From contig JAQBQS010000010.1 in assembly GCA_028286885.1 (NCBI GenBank), positions 19,148 through 83,147 of the forward strand: a stretch of DNA of 64,000 bases, written 5' to 3'. Source of the DNA: Patescibacteria group bacterium (GTDB taxonomy: Bacteria > Patescibacteriota > Minisyncoccia > Phycocordibacterales > UBA1006). The position numbers and the translations under genes were made by a program. The number at the start of each line of letters is the position of its first letter. Position 1 is the first letter of the stretch. This document shows positions 48,306 to 58,326 of the stretch, one piece after another. The notes beneath the pieces are model-generated. The model was not told the origin of the DNA, did not search any database, and saw only the letters and a program-made list of their open reading frames with translations.

Positions 48306-49358
48306 ATGAACAAAATATTTTTAGGGATACTCCTCTTTGTACCCATAGCCATTGGCGCGAAATTACTTGGCGTGTCGCCGATCGTCGTCTTCATTCTTTC
48401 GGCTCTTGCCATCGTCCCCTTGGCAAAATATATCGGGGAGGCGACCGAAGAGCTTACGGTTTACACGGGTCCGGCCGTCGGAGGGCTTTTGAACGCCACG
48501 TTCGGGAATGCTACCGAGCTTATCATCGCAATCTTCGCCCTTCGGGCAGGGCTGACTGAAGTCGTCAAAGCCTCGCTGACAGGATCCATCATCGGAAACC
48601 TGCTTCTCGTTCTCGGCATGGCAATACTCGCTGGCGGCTGGAAAAGAGAAAAACAGACATTCAACATTCGCGGCGCAAAAACGAGCGCATCAACGCTCCT
48701 GCTCGCCGTTATCGCGCTTGTCATTCCTGCTGTATTTCTTTTAACGTCGCCCGGAATCGGACACCAAACGGTAGAAACGGTGAGCATTATTGTCTCCGTT
48801 TGCATGATCGTCGCATACGTCGCAAACCTGTTTTTTACGCTTCACACCCACAAGCATTGGTATTCGGCCGATGTCGCCGAGGAATCGCATTCCGGCCGTT
48901 GGAGCAAGTCTCGTGCGATCATTACCCTTCTCGTCGCAACCATTGCAGTCGCGTTCATGTCGGAACTCCTTGTCGGGTCGATTGAACCCCTCGTCGCGTC
49001 CCTCGGATGGACGGAACTTTTCGTCGGCGTCATCTTCGTCGCCATCATCGGAAACGCCGCCGAACATGCGTCCGCAATCACGGTTGCCATCAAAAACAAA
49101 ATGGATCTGTCGCTCCAAGTTGCCGTCGGATCCTCGACACAGATCGCCATGTTTGTCGCGCCGCTCTTGGTCCTGATCAGCCTTTTCTTCGCCAAGCCGA
49201 TGGATTTGGTATTCCATACGTTCGAACTTGTCGTCATTATTTTCTCGGTCCTTATTGCCAACTCGATTATCGAAGACGGCGAAAGCCACTGGTTCGAAGG
49301 CGTGCAGCTCCTTATCACCTACGTCATCATCGCAGTCGCATTTTTCTTCCACCCGTAA
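48306..49358 (+). CDS. cax: Ca2+/H+ exchanger
   Basis: NATFGNATE and GNAAEH alpha repeats, GSSTQIA. Confidence 0.95.
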   Translation: MNKIFLGILLFVPIAIGAKLLGVSPIVVFILSALAIVPLAKYIGEATEELTVYTGPAVGGLLNATFGNATELIIAIFALRAGLTEVVKASLTGSIIGNLLLVLGMAILAGGWKREKQTFNIRGAKTSASTLLLAVIALVIPAVFLLTSPGIGHQTVETVSIIVSVCMIVAYVANLFFTLHTHKHWYSADVAEESHSGRWSKSRAIITLLVATIAVAFMSELLVGSIEPLVASLGWTELFVGVIFVAIIGNAAEHASAITVAIKNKMDLSLQVAVGSSTQIAMFVAPLLVLISLFFAKPMDLVFHTFELVVIIFSVLIANSIIEDGESHWFEGVQLLITYVIIAVAFFFHP

Positions 49359-49409
49359 TTAAATTAGATCAAAATAAAAAACCGCATCAACAGATGCGGT
49401 TTTGAAAAT

Positions 49410-49682
49410 TCATTTTACGATAAGCTGACCGGCCTTGGCTGTATTGTCCAAGGTTTGTTTTTCTTCCGGCGTGAGGGTGCTGTCCATATAGCGCTTTTGT
49501 TCAGCCGAGATAACGATTGGATGCTTCGTATTCCAGTCGTCTTTTAATTGAGCCTTCTTCAAATCTGTCTGAAGTTTGAGAGTTTCGAGATTAAGCGTGT
49601 TTCCTTCAACACGAAGCTGAGCCATATGGACTGTGAACAAGACCAGTCCGATAAGGACAAAGGGAATTAAGATTTTTTTCAT
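49410..49682 (-). CDS. small exported hypothetical protein (orphan)
   Basis: MKKILIPFVLIGL signal; TTGACA at 49747-49742. Confidence 0.65.
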   Translation of the reverse strand: MKKILIPFVLIGLVLFTVHMAQLRVEGNTLNLETLKLQTDLKKAQLKDDWNTKHPIVISAEQKRYMDSTLTPEEKQTLDNTAKAGQLIVK

Positions 49683-49773
49683 ACTTATTAATTATTTGAA
49701 TGTTTTAACAATTTTATTGAATCTATCATATATCTAATTATTGTCAAGAATCCCGTTGCGCTATACTGTCTCC

Positions 49774-50265
49774 ATGAAAATCCTCGGCATCGATCCCGGC
49801 TACGAGCGCTGCGGGATTGCGATCATCGAAAAACAAAACAGGTCCAAGGAAACCGTTGTGTTTTCCACGTGCTTACGAACATCCTCAAAGGATGAGTTTT
49901 CAAAGCGATTGGCTTCGATCGGTTCGGAACTTGAAGCAATTATTGCGGAACATAAGCCCGACACGGCCGCAATCGAGGAGCTCTATTTCGGCAAAAGTTC
50001 GACGACGGGACTCAAGGTTGCCGAAGTCCGCGGCGTGATCCGCTATGTCTTGGAAAAGAATTCCATTCCCTGCACCGAATACCATCCAAGCGCGATCAAA
50101 ATCGCGATCACGGGCTACGGATCCGCAAAAAAAGAAGACATCGCATTCATGATTCCAAAACTGGTGCAGTGCGAAAATGCAAAAAAGCTCGACGACGAGC
50201 TCGATGCGATTGCGGTTGCGATCACCCACGGGACAAATGCAAACCGCCGAGCTTTGACAGGATAG
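49774..50265 (+). CDS. ruvC: crossover junction endodeoxyribonuclease RuvC
   Basis: ILGIDPG, AIEELYF, TGYGSAKK, DDELDAIAVA. Confidence 0.97.
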   Translation: MKILGIDPGYERCGIAIIEKQNRSKETVVFSTCLRTSSKDEFSKRLASIGSELEAIIAEHKPDTAAIEELYFGKSSTTGLKVAEVRGVIRYVLEKNSIPCTEYHPSAIKIAITGYGSAKKEDIAFMIPKLVQCENAKKLDDELDAIAVAITHGTNANRRALTG

Positions 50266-50412
50266 TGCATCAAGATACCCTTGCTGTGCCGGTTTTTTTA
50301 TCAAAGTAGACAACTTGTCCACATGTGCTAGTATTGCCCTCTTGTACCTGGCAGACTATTTTGCTACAAAGGTATTCATTATCAGTGAATTCAGTAATTT
50401 TAAGAACGAATT

Positions 50413-50595
50413 ATGGATGATTTTCGAGACGACTTGCACATTGAGGATTTTGACGAGAACGGAGACCCCATCATCGCCAAGAAGAAGGCGGTCCTCGGTG
50501 ATGACGACTTCATCGCGGACGACGACCTTCCGGAGGACGCGCTCGACGAGGAGAACCTCGACGTACTTGGGCTTTCTGACGAGGATTTCGGTTAA
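50413..50595 (+). CDS. small highly acidic protein
   Basis: 24 of 60 residues D/E, central AKKKAV. Confidence 0.75.
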   Translation: MDDFRDDLHIEDFDENGDPIIAKKKAVLGDDDFIADDDLPEDALDEENLDVLGLSDEDFG

Positions 50596-50600
50596 TTTAA

Positions 50601-50696
50601 AAAACAAAAAGAACCGCAATAGTTGCTCTGTGTTTCTGCAGACGCCAAGGCTAGGCTTCGAAACACTTTGCAATCTATTGCGGTTCTTTTTGTTTT
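50601..50696. repeat. long imperfect inverted repeat / bidirectional terminator
   Basis: AAAACAAAAAGAACCGCAATAG ... CTATTGCGGTTCTTTTTGTTTT, 22-bp perfect outer stem. Confidence 0.85.
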
Positions 50697-51915
50697 AGGT
50701 AGTGATCTTTACAAATTTTCTTTTTCCAATTTTCAAGATGACCGATTCCGAAACTGCATACTTGTCATCTGTTATTTTTTCCTCGACTTCGCCGTTCATG
50801 ATCTTGACCGCGCCTTCGGCAACCAGTCGTCGGAATTCCGTTTTTGATTCCACGAACTTATGTTCGGCGAGAATGTCGGCGAGAAGCTTTCCATTCTCTG
50901 TTTTGACTTCCGGAATTTCATCCGGCAATCCGCCTTTTGAAAACGTGTTTTCCCAATTGATCTGGGCCTTTGCGGCATTCTCGAACGAATGGTAGATCGT
51001 CACGATTTCGCGCGCGAGTCGCTTCTTGAACTCCATCGGATTCTCGCCGTTTTGCATTGCGAACTGCATTTCAAGGATCTCGTCTTGGGAGACGAATGTG
51101 CAGTCGACAAACAGCTGATAGATATTTTCGTCAGGCTGGGCCATGATTCCGCCGAACATCTTGTCGGCGTCCCAGTCGAGGAATATTCCCGTCCCGAGAG
51201 ACTTGGACATCATCTTCTCGCCCGTCTTCGGATTTTCAAGGAGATTCGTGATGAAGACGAACTTTTCCTTGTTGTTGTACCTCTTCTGCAGATGGCGGCC
51301 CGCGAGGGCGTTGAATTTCTGATCGTTCCCGCACATCTCGATGTCGACGTCCATCACCACCGAATCATATCCCTGCATGAGCGGATAAAAGAATTCGTGC
51401 AGATGGATCGGCTTGTTTTCCTCGAGGCGCTTTTCGAACATGTCGCGCTCCATCATTTGCTGGACGGTGAAGTGCGACGCAATCCCGATGACATCCTCGA
51501 ATGTGAGCTTCGCAAGCCAGTCGTGGTTGTAAAGAATTTTTACGGGATTTTCGGGATCTTCAACTTTGATAAGAGGCTTGACTTGGTTGATCCATGTCTT
51601 TGTATTCTCGATGACCTGTTCGCGCGTCAGCTGCACGCGCGTCGCTCCCTTGTCCGTCGGATCCCCGATGCGCGACGTAAAGTCCCCGATGAGAAAAATC
51701 ACTTCGTGGCCGAGCTCGCGGAATTTTTCGAGGATCATGTAATTGGTCGCGTGTCCCAAATGGAGCGATGAGCCCGTCGCGTCCGTTCCGATATAGATGC
51801 GGAGCTTTTTGCCGGAGAGAAGCTCTTTTTTAAGCTCCTCGCGCGTAGGCAGGATTTCCTTGACCGAACGATGCAGGATTTCTTCTATTTTATTTTCGTC
51901 TATGTTGATGGGCAT
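50695..51915 (-). CDS. tyrS: tyrosine--tRNA ligase
   Basis: LHLGH, IGDPT, YPLMQGYD, MMSKS, C-terminal S4 domain. Confidence 0.97.
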   Translation of the reverse strand: MPINIDENKIEEILHRSVKEILPTREELKKELLSGKKLRIYIGTDATGSSLHLGHATNYMILEKFRELGHEVIFLIGDFTSRIGDPTDKGATRVQLTREQVIENTKTWINQVKPLIKVEDPENPVKILYNHDWLAKLTFEDVIGIASHFTVQQMMERDMFEKRLEENKPIHLHEFFYPLMQGYDSVVMDVDIEMCGNDQKFNALAGRHLQKRYNNKEKFVFITNLLENPKTGEKMMSKSLGTGIFLDWDADKMFGGIMAQPDENIYQLFVDCTFVSQDEILEMQFAMQNGENPMEFKKRLAREIVTIYHSFENAAKAQINWENTFSKGGLPDEIPEVKTENGKLLADILAEHKFVESKTEFRRLVAEGAVKIMNGEVEEKITDDKYAVSESVILKIGKRKFVKITT

Positions 51916-51964
51916 GTATTTTACTCTAGCATAAAACACCTTAGTCTTGTAGTATAAGGCGCAT

Positions 51965-53290
51965 ATGAAACTGAACCCGGAATTCAAGTCCCTGCTTGCC
52001 GAATATGTCGCCCTTAAAAGCATTTCCACCGACCCGGCCTTTGCCAAGGAGATGCTGAAAACGGCGGACTGGCTTTCGACGTACCTCGCAAAGCACGGAT
52101 TCAAGGTGCAATACCTGAAAGGCCCTCGGACCAATCCCGTCGTCCTCGCGGAATATGTCCAAGATCCGAAACTCGAAACCGTCATGGTTTACGGCCACTA
52201 CGACGTGCAGCCCGCGGCAAAAGAGGACGGCTGGAAGAGCGATCCGTTCACGCTTGCCGAACGCGCGGGACGCCTGTACGGGCGCGGCGTTGTCGACAAC
52301 AAGGGCCAAAACTTGATCCATGTCTTTACCGTGTGCGACCTGATCAAGAAAGGAAAAATCTCTTGCAACGTGAAGTTCATGATCGAAGGAAACGAGGAGA
52401 CGGCCAATCCGGACATGGAAGCCCTCGTCAAGAAACACAAGAAGCTTCTGAAAGCTGACACGATCATCGTTTCCGACGGCGAGATCCAAGGAAGCACGCC
52501 GACCATCGAGGCATCGCTTCGCGGAGGATTCAACATGAAAGTTACGGTTACGACCGGAGCCAATAATCTCCATTCGGGACTGGCGGGCGGCGCGGCTCCC
52601 AGCGCTTCGCATGAAACCGCGCGGCTTATCGCAAAATTCTATGACGCGCAAAACCGCGTAGCCGTTCCGGGATTTTATAAAGGAGTTCGGAAGCCTTCCA
52701 AAGAAGAATTGGCCAATACTAAAAAGACGGGCACGGTCGCCGAGCTTAAGAAAACATTCGGCGTAAAAGATTTGGTAACCGAAAAAGGCCTCGATCCATT
52801 TGCGCAAATCGGCCTTCGCCCGACGCTTCAAGTATCCGGAATCAAGTCGGGCTACACGGGACAGGGATATTCGAACATCATTCCGGCATCGGCCGAATTC
52901 CGCATTAACGTTCGCGTAGTAGGCGGTCAGAATCCGATGGAAACGTATGAGCAGATTTCAGCCTTTATCAAAAAATCACTGCCTGCTTATGCCTCTGTCG
53001 TCATTGAACGCACGGAAACCAACGAAGCGGTTGCGATCGATGTCAGCCAGCCGCGGTTCATGACCGTTCGCCAGCTTCTCAAGAAGGCATACGGCAAGGC
53101 GCCTCTTATCAAGTATGTCGGCGGAAGCATTCCGGTCGTATCGGATTTCAAGCATACCCTCGGAGTCGATACTCTCTTGGTATCGCTCGGCAACGACGAC
53201 TGCAACATGCACGGCGTGGACGAGAACTACCGAATCGATTTGATCGAAAAAGGATTGGCGTTCAGCAGCATGTTTTTTGAGAAAAAATAA
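51965..53290 (+). CDS. M20 family metallo-dipeptidase
   Basis: YGHYDVQP, GRGVVDNKG, EGNEE, GGSIP, HGVDE. Confidence 0.95.
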   Translation: MKLNPEFKSLLAEYVALKSISTDPAFAKEMLKTADWLSTYLAKHGFKVQYLKGPRTNPVVLAEYVQDPKLETVMVYGHYDVQPAAKEDGWKSDPFTLAERAGRLYGRGVVDNKGQNLIHVFTVCDLIKKGKISCNVKFMIEGNEETANPDMEALVKKHKKLLKADTIIVSDGEIQGSTPTIEASLRGGFNMKVTVTTGANNLHSGLAGGAAPSASHETARLIAKFYDAQNRVAVPGFYKGVRKPSKEELANTKKTGTVAELKKTFGVKDLVTEKGLDPFAQIGLRPTLQVSGIKSGYTGQGYSNIIPASAEFRINVRVVGGQNPMETYEQISAFIKKSLPAYASVVIERTETNEAVAIDVSQPRFMTVRQLLKKAYGKAPLIKYVGGSIPVVSDFKHTLGVDTLLVSLGNDDCNMHGVDENYRIDLIEKGLAFSSMFFEKK

Positions 53291-53346
53291 AACAATGAAA
53301 AAGCCCCGCATGGTGTCGGGGCTTTTGCCTTGGAAAAAACCAAGGC

Positions 53347-53565
53347 TCAAAGAAAATCTCCGTGGCCGTCGCTGTACGAATTCCAATGGACGTGATTGAT
53401 CCCGTCGGACGCAACGGTATGCTTGGAATAATAACTGGGAAATTCCTCCGGTTCGGCGTCGGGACTCTGGTTATGGACGCCAAACTTCCCGCCGAATTCA
53501 TCTACTCCCCATTTGCGATCGAATCGTTCAACCGGCATCTCATTAGTGTCTTGCTCTTCTTGCAT
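53347..53565 (-). CDS. small acidic hypothetical protein downstream of attenuator
   Basis: 72-aa ORF MQEEQD... after A-rich leader. Confidence 0.55.
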   Translation of the reverse strand: MQEEQDTNEMPVERFDRKWGVDEFGGKFGVHNQSPDAEPEEFPSYYSKHTVASDGINHVHWNSYSDGHGDFL

Positions 53566-53585
53566 AGCTGTTATTTTTTTAATGA

Positions 53586-53724
53586 ACAAAAATCAGCCCT
53601 ATCCGGGCTGATTGTTGCCTTGCGAGAAAAGAGAATAAAAACAAATCTACTGTCCCAAAGCAATATCAGCCCACATGTATGCGGAGGCATGGCATCGCTT
53701 AAACCAGACATTTGTTCGTAACAT
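53586..53724 (-). promoter_or_regulatory. candidate leader-peptide transcription attenuator
   Basis: 25-codon uORF 53724-53647; terminator AAUCAGCCC/GGGCUGAUU-UUU; upstream GGGCUGAUAUUGCUUUG forms a competing helix. Confidence 0.65.
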
Positions 53725-53801
53725 GCAACCAAGATATCACATCCTTCTGAAAAAGGAAATTTTCCTGGCATCGCCAGCCGATTTCTTGTACCATGATCCT
53801 T

Positions 53802-56354
53802 ATGACACACCATCATTCTTTTTCATCAAAAACGCCCGCTAAGAAGGGCTTCTGGCCGTGGGTGCGCTCGCACAAATCCGAAATCTTGTGGGGCATCTTG
53901 AGCATTTTCGTCATTATGGTAGCCGCACTCGTCATCTGGATCGCATTCCTGAAAGTTCCGTCGCTCGACGAGTTCACCGATCGCCAGATTTCAAGCTCGA
54001 CAAAAATTTACGACCGGACCGGAACGATCGTTTTGTACGACGTGCACGACAACGTGAAGCGAACGGTCGTAACAAGCGGCGAGATTGCTCCGATCGCGAA
54101 ACAAGCGATCGTTGCCATCGAGGACAAGGATTTTTACAAACATGGCGGCATCGAACCCAAGGCGATCGTGCGTGCCGCGGCTTCGCAGTTTCTTCCCTTC
54201 GTCAAGAATTCAGGCGGATCGACGATTACGCAGCAGCTCGTAAAGCTGACGCTCCTGACGAACAAACAGAGCATCACGCGAAAATTAAAGGAATGGATTC
54301 TCGCCGTAAAACTTGACCGCATGATGGGCAAGGATGCGATCCTCACAACTTATCTAAACGAGGCGCCTTATGGAGGGACGATTTACGGAATCGAGGAGGC
54401 AAGCGAAGGATTCTTCGGAATCCATGCGGCCGACGTCGACACCGCGCAGGCTGCGTATTTGGCAGCCATTCCGAACCTGCCATCTTATTATTCGCCTTAC
54501 GGCAGCCACAAGGCTCAGCTCGACAACCGAAAAAACCTGGTCTTGAAAAATCTTCTTGACCAAGGATACATCACCGACGAACAATATGCGGCAGCGAAGG
54601 CCGAAGCCGTGACGTTCCGTCCGCAGATTGATACGTCAGGCAAAGCGCTCCACTTCGTCCAATACATCCGCGATTATCTGGCGGCAAAATACGGCGAGGA
54701 TGCGATTGCGAGCGGCCTGAAAGTCACGACAACTCTTGATTGGAATTTGCAGCAGGTTGCCGAGAAAACGATCCACGACAATGCGATCTCAAACGAGAAA
54801 ACGTATGACGCGAGCAACTCCGCACTCGTCGCGATCGATCCGAAAACAGGACAGATCCTTGCCATGGTCGGTTCCCGCGGATATTCCGATCGCGATATCG
54901 ACGGCGCATTCAACGTTGCAACAGCAGGACGACAGCCTGGATCATCGTTTAAGCCGATCGTCTACTCGCGCGCGTTTGAAAAAGGATTCCAACCGGAAAC
55001 GACCGTGTTCGACATTCCGACCCAGTTCGGGCCGTGCGACGCGTTTGACCGATCGAGCGTCTCGCCCTGCTACTCGCCGAGCGATTACGATAACAAGTTC
55101 AAGGGGCCGATCAGTTTGCGCGACGCCTTGGGCCAGTCGCGAAACGTTCCGGCCGTGCAGCTTCTCTCGATGATCGGACTCAACGACGCGCTCGCAACGG
55201 CGAAAAAGCTCGGCATTACGACCCTTGATCGAGATGCATCGCGCTACGGACTCACGCTCGTACTCGGAGGAGGTGAAGTCACCTTGCTCGACATGACGAG
55301 CGTCTACGGAACATTCGCAAACGACGGCGTGCGCAATCCCGACACAGGAATTCTCGAGGTTGATGATGCTAATGGAAACGTCCTTGAAAAGTTCACGCCG
55401 AATTCTGAAACCGTCATGGATGCGAACGCGACGAGAAAACTCGCAAGCGTTCTCTCGGACAATGTCGCGCGAACGCCGCTCTTCGGGGCCAACTCGTTCT
55501 TCTATTTCGGCGGACGACAGGTTGCCGGAAAAACAGGAACGACGAACAACAACAAAGATGCGTGGGTCTTCGGATACACCCCGTCCATTGCGGTCGGCGT
55601 ATGGACCGGAAACAACGACAACACGCCGATGAAGGGAGGATCCTCTATTTCAGGTCCGGCATGGCGCACGTTTATGGATAAGGCTTTGCAAGTATTGCCA
55701 TATGACCGACCGGGAGCCGTTGAAACGTTCCCCACAGCCGACACCGATCCGGATTATGACAAGCTCGCACCGGTCCTGCGCGGATCATGGGCGGGGGGCG
55801 AATCATTTTGGGTAGACACGGTATCGGGCAAGCTTGCGACGGATTTGACGCCGCCCGAAACCAAGAAAGAGTACGTGATTCCGAATCCTCATAACATCCT
55901 GTATTGGATAAACCCCGCAAATCCGAAAGGGTCGCGGCCGTCGGACCCCGCATCGACCAGCAGCCAGTACAACCGATGGGAAGCCGAGTTCCAAAACTAT
56001 CTTGCAAGCCATCCTGAGATCGTTCCGGGATATCCGATGCGTCCGACGGCCTATGACGATATTCATACCGAGGCAAGCAAGCCTATTGTCACTGTTACGA
56101 ACATCAGTTCAGGTTCGACATTCAACATGACGAGCCAAGTGACTGTTCAGACAACTGTTGCGGGATTATACTCGATCCAGAAACTCGACTACTATTTGAA
56201 CGGCGAATTCATCGGAACAAGTTCGAATCCGAATTCATTCAGTTTCGTTCCGGCTGACAACAACGCGGTCACCGGACCAAACGATTTGAAAGTCGTTGCG
56301 ACCGATTCGATTTACAATCGAGGCGAGTATAGCGGAACGATTAATATTCAATAG
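53802..56354 (+). CDS. class A penicillin-binding protein (PBP1A family)
   Basis: AIEDKDF, GGSTITQQL, RKLKE; SSFK, SRN, KTG motifs; C-terminal Ig-like domain. Confidence 0.96.
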   Translation: MTHHHSFSSKTPAKKGFWPWVRSHKSEILWGILSIFVIMVAALVIWIAFLKVPSLDEFTDRQISSSTKIYDRTGTIVLYDVHDNVKRTVVTSGEIAPIAKQAIVAIEDKDFYKHGGIEPKAIVRAAASQFLPFVKNSGGSTITQQLVKLTLLTNKQSITRKLKEWILAVKLDRMMGKDAILTTYLNEAPYGGTIYGIEEASEGFFGIHAADVDTAQAAYLAAIPNLPSYYSPYGSHKAQLDNRKNLVLKNLLDQGYITDEQYAAAKAEAVTFRPQIDTSGKALHFVQYIRDYLAAKYGEDAIASGLKVTTTLDWNLQQVAEKTIHDNAISNEKTYDASNSALVAIDPKTGQILAMVGSRGYSDRDIDGAFNVATAGRQPGSSFKPIVYSRAFEKGFQPETTVFDIPTQFGPCDAFDRSSVSPCYSPSDYDNKFKGPISLRDALGQSRNVPAVQLLSMIGLNDALATAKKLGITTLDRDASRYGLTLVLGGGEVTLLDMTSVYGTFANDGVRNPDTGILEVDDANGNVLEKFTPNSETVMDANATRKLASVLSDNVARTPLFGANSFFYFGGRQVAGKTGTTNNNKDAWVFGYTPSIAVGVWTGNNDNTPMKGGSSISGPAWRTFMDKALQVLPYDRPGAVETFPTADTDPDYDKLAPVLRGSWAGGESFWVDTVSGKLATDLTPPETKKEYVIPNPHNILYWINPANPKGSRPSDPASTSSQYNRWEAEFQNYLASHPEIVPGYPMRPTAYDDIHTEASKPIVTVTNISSGSTFNMTSQVTVQTTVAGLYSIQKLDYYLNGEFIGTSSNPNSFSFVPADNNAVTGPNDLKVVATDSIYNRGEYSGTINIQ

Positions 56355-56395
56355 GTAAATAAAAAACCCTTCCAAATTATTGGAAGGGTTTTGCT

Positions 56396-57073
56396 TTAAA
56401 TTAAAAGTAATTTTGAGAGGCGATTGGCTATTTTTTTCTTCGTAAACTCTCCTTCTTCTTCATTTTTAAAAGGATCAACCAAGCTTATCTTGGAAAAACA
56501 ACTGCGGTATTCATTGCTGAACTTTTGAAACATGCCGAAAACGGAATTGTCCTTGTGCCTTGAAACCGCAACATTAAGATCGTTCATACCGCACGTCATG
56601 AAATTCGTTTTTGTGAATTTTATATGGTCGTAGTTCTCGTCTTTGCTTATGAACTTGAAAATGAGATCATAATCCATTTCATGAAAACGGTCATGGTACA
56701 GAGGCGAAGTCGATTTTTTACGTCCGCTCCAATGAAGCATTTTTACCCCATCGCCTTTAAACGAATCTACCATGAGATTAACCGCTTTTTGCCGTTCCTC
56801 ATCATAGACATAGATGTCTTCAAGCGGATTTGCGATTATATATCCTAACGTAAGGATCATACATACCTTGAATCCGAAAGGAGTTGGCTCCATTACAAGA
56901 ACTCCGTGAAGGTCTTTTTCGTCCTCGCAAATGATAAGGGTGGCTTCGTATAATTCTTTCGGGATAAGAATCGTTTCTCGTGTTATTAAACCGTTTAAAA
57001 AGACATATTCTCTCGGTATGACTCTTGAAAATCTAATTAAGTCGTTGGCATTCAATGGTTTCTCACTATCCAT
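56396..57073 (-). CDS. hypothetical protein (orphan)
   Basis: 225-aa AT-rich ORF; TTGACT upstream near 57135. Confidence 0.7.
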   Translation of the reverse strand: MDSEKPLNANDLIRFSRVIPREYVFLNGLITRETILIPKELYEATLIICEDEKDLHGVLVMEPTPFGFKVCMILTLGYIIANPLEDIYVYDEERQKAVNLMVDSFKGDGVKMLHWSGRKKSTSPLYHDRFHEMDYDLIFKFISKDENYDHIKFTKTNFMTCGMNDLNVAVSRHKDNSVFGMFQKFSNEYRSCFSKISLVDPFKNEEEGEFTKKKIANRLSKLLLI

Positions 57074-57165
57074 AGTTATTTAATTTAAGTGGTTCACAAT
57101 ATTTTTCCTATTTAATCACAAAAATGATAAAAGTCAATTACTCGCTTGTATTAAAAAATCCCCCC

Positions 57166-57957
57166 TTACTGGGAGGATCTCATTTTTTTACGGTTGGTGC
57201 GTTTTGCTTTTTTATAATTTCTTTGCGATGTGAAATGCCATTTGTGACATTCATTACAAAAATATTCGATGACAATCTCTTTTTTTGATGATCTTTCTAT
57301 TATCCCTTTCATTGCGCGGACCACTCCTTTGTGTGATGAAAATCCTATTTTGCCGCTCGAACAGACTAATTCGAAAAATTCTCCAACGGCGTTCTCTTTT
57401 TTGGCTTTATAATCGTCCGGAACCGTATAATCGATCTTCAAGATGGGAGCAGAAACACCCTTCTTTACAACCTGCACATTCGAAACGAGTGGAATCACTT
57501 GGGTTTTGTACGTGAACGGCTGCAGAGCCTTGATCTGCCGGACGTGCGTTTTTCCCTGCGAGGTTGCCAATTTCAAAGCGACCATATTTTTCTTAATAAA
57601 TAAGGCAAACGATTTATCAAAGCATACCTTCAGGTTTATGGCTTGATAAAGAAGATATTCGATAGGAATATCGTTTATGCGTTTTTTCTTATACTTACCC
57701 TGGCTGAGCCTGGAATCGACCGTGTAGGAAGGAATAGTATTGCCGTCGTGCTGCCGTTCGTCTTCATTATTTAAAAATTCTCGGTCTGTTATTTTCCAAA
57801 TGTTTTCATTAATCCAATTTAGGAATTCGGGATCGGGACACGTTGCCTTACCTTTACTGTATCGATTGTGAAGCTTAGTCAGATACTTAACAGGGACTTC
57901 CGACACCTTCTCGCCTTTGTGTTTACCGAACGTGAGAATATGGGTGGTATCATGCAT
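57166..57957 (-). CDS. protein with two FGK(H/Y)KG (DUF3820-like) repeats and C-terminal Zn-finger-like motif
   Basis: LTFGKHKGEKVSEVPVKYL, GKYKKKRINDIPIEYL, YFCNECHKWH. Confidence 0.75.
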   Translation of the reverse strand: MHDTTHILTFGKHKGEKVSEVPVKYLTKLHNRYSKGKATCPDPEFLNWINENIWKITDREFLNNEDERQHDGNTIPSYTVDSRLSQGKYKKKRINDIPIEYLLYQAINLKVCFDKSFALFIKKNMVALKLATSQGKTHVRQIKALQPFTYKTQVIPLVSNVQVVKKGVSAPILKIDYTVPDDYKAKKENAVGEFFELVCSSGKIGFSSHKGVVRAMKGIIERSSKKEIVIEYFCNECHKWHFTSQRNYKKAKRTNRKKMRSSQ

Positions 57958-58051
57958 TTTATAAGTTATTTTATTTTGAATGTTAAGCAAAATCGCTTGT
58001 TTTGATAGTAAATTACTATTTTAAAGTTGATTTGTCAATGACATTTCATTA

Positions 58052-58306
58052 TTACTGTATTTTCTTAATCTTAAGTTCCGGATCCTGATTATTAATAGAT
58101 TCAAGTATTTTTTCCTGCTTCATTGAAATTTCCGATCGCAGCGCCGAATTCGCCATGATAAAAACAGTTTCTTTTGAAACTTTAATTTTGTCGCGATCCA
58201 ATTCAATATTTAAAATCTCTTTCAAGGAAGAAATAACGGCGTTTCTCACCTTCGCTTCGCGAGGAAGGGAGCCGGAGAATTTTTTGAGATAGTCGGCGAT
58301 GTCCAT
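58052..58306 (-). CDS. small protein, possibly DciA/DUF721-like
   Basis: VFIMANSALRSEISMKQEKILESIN pattern; located downstream of dnaN. Confidence 0.55.
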   Translation of the reverse strand: MDIADYLKKFSGSLPREAKVRNAVISSLKEILNIELDRDKIKVSKETVFIMANSALRSEISMKQEKILESINNQDPELKIKKIQ

Positions 58307-58326
58307 AGGACAAGTATAGCAAAAGG

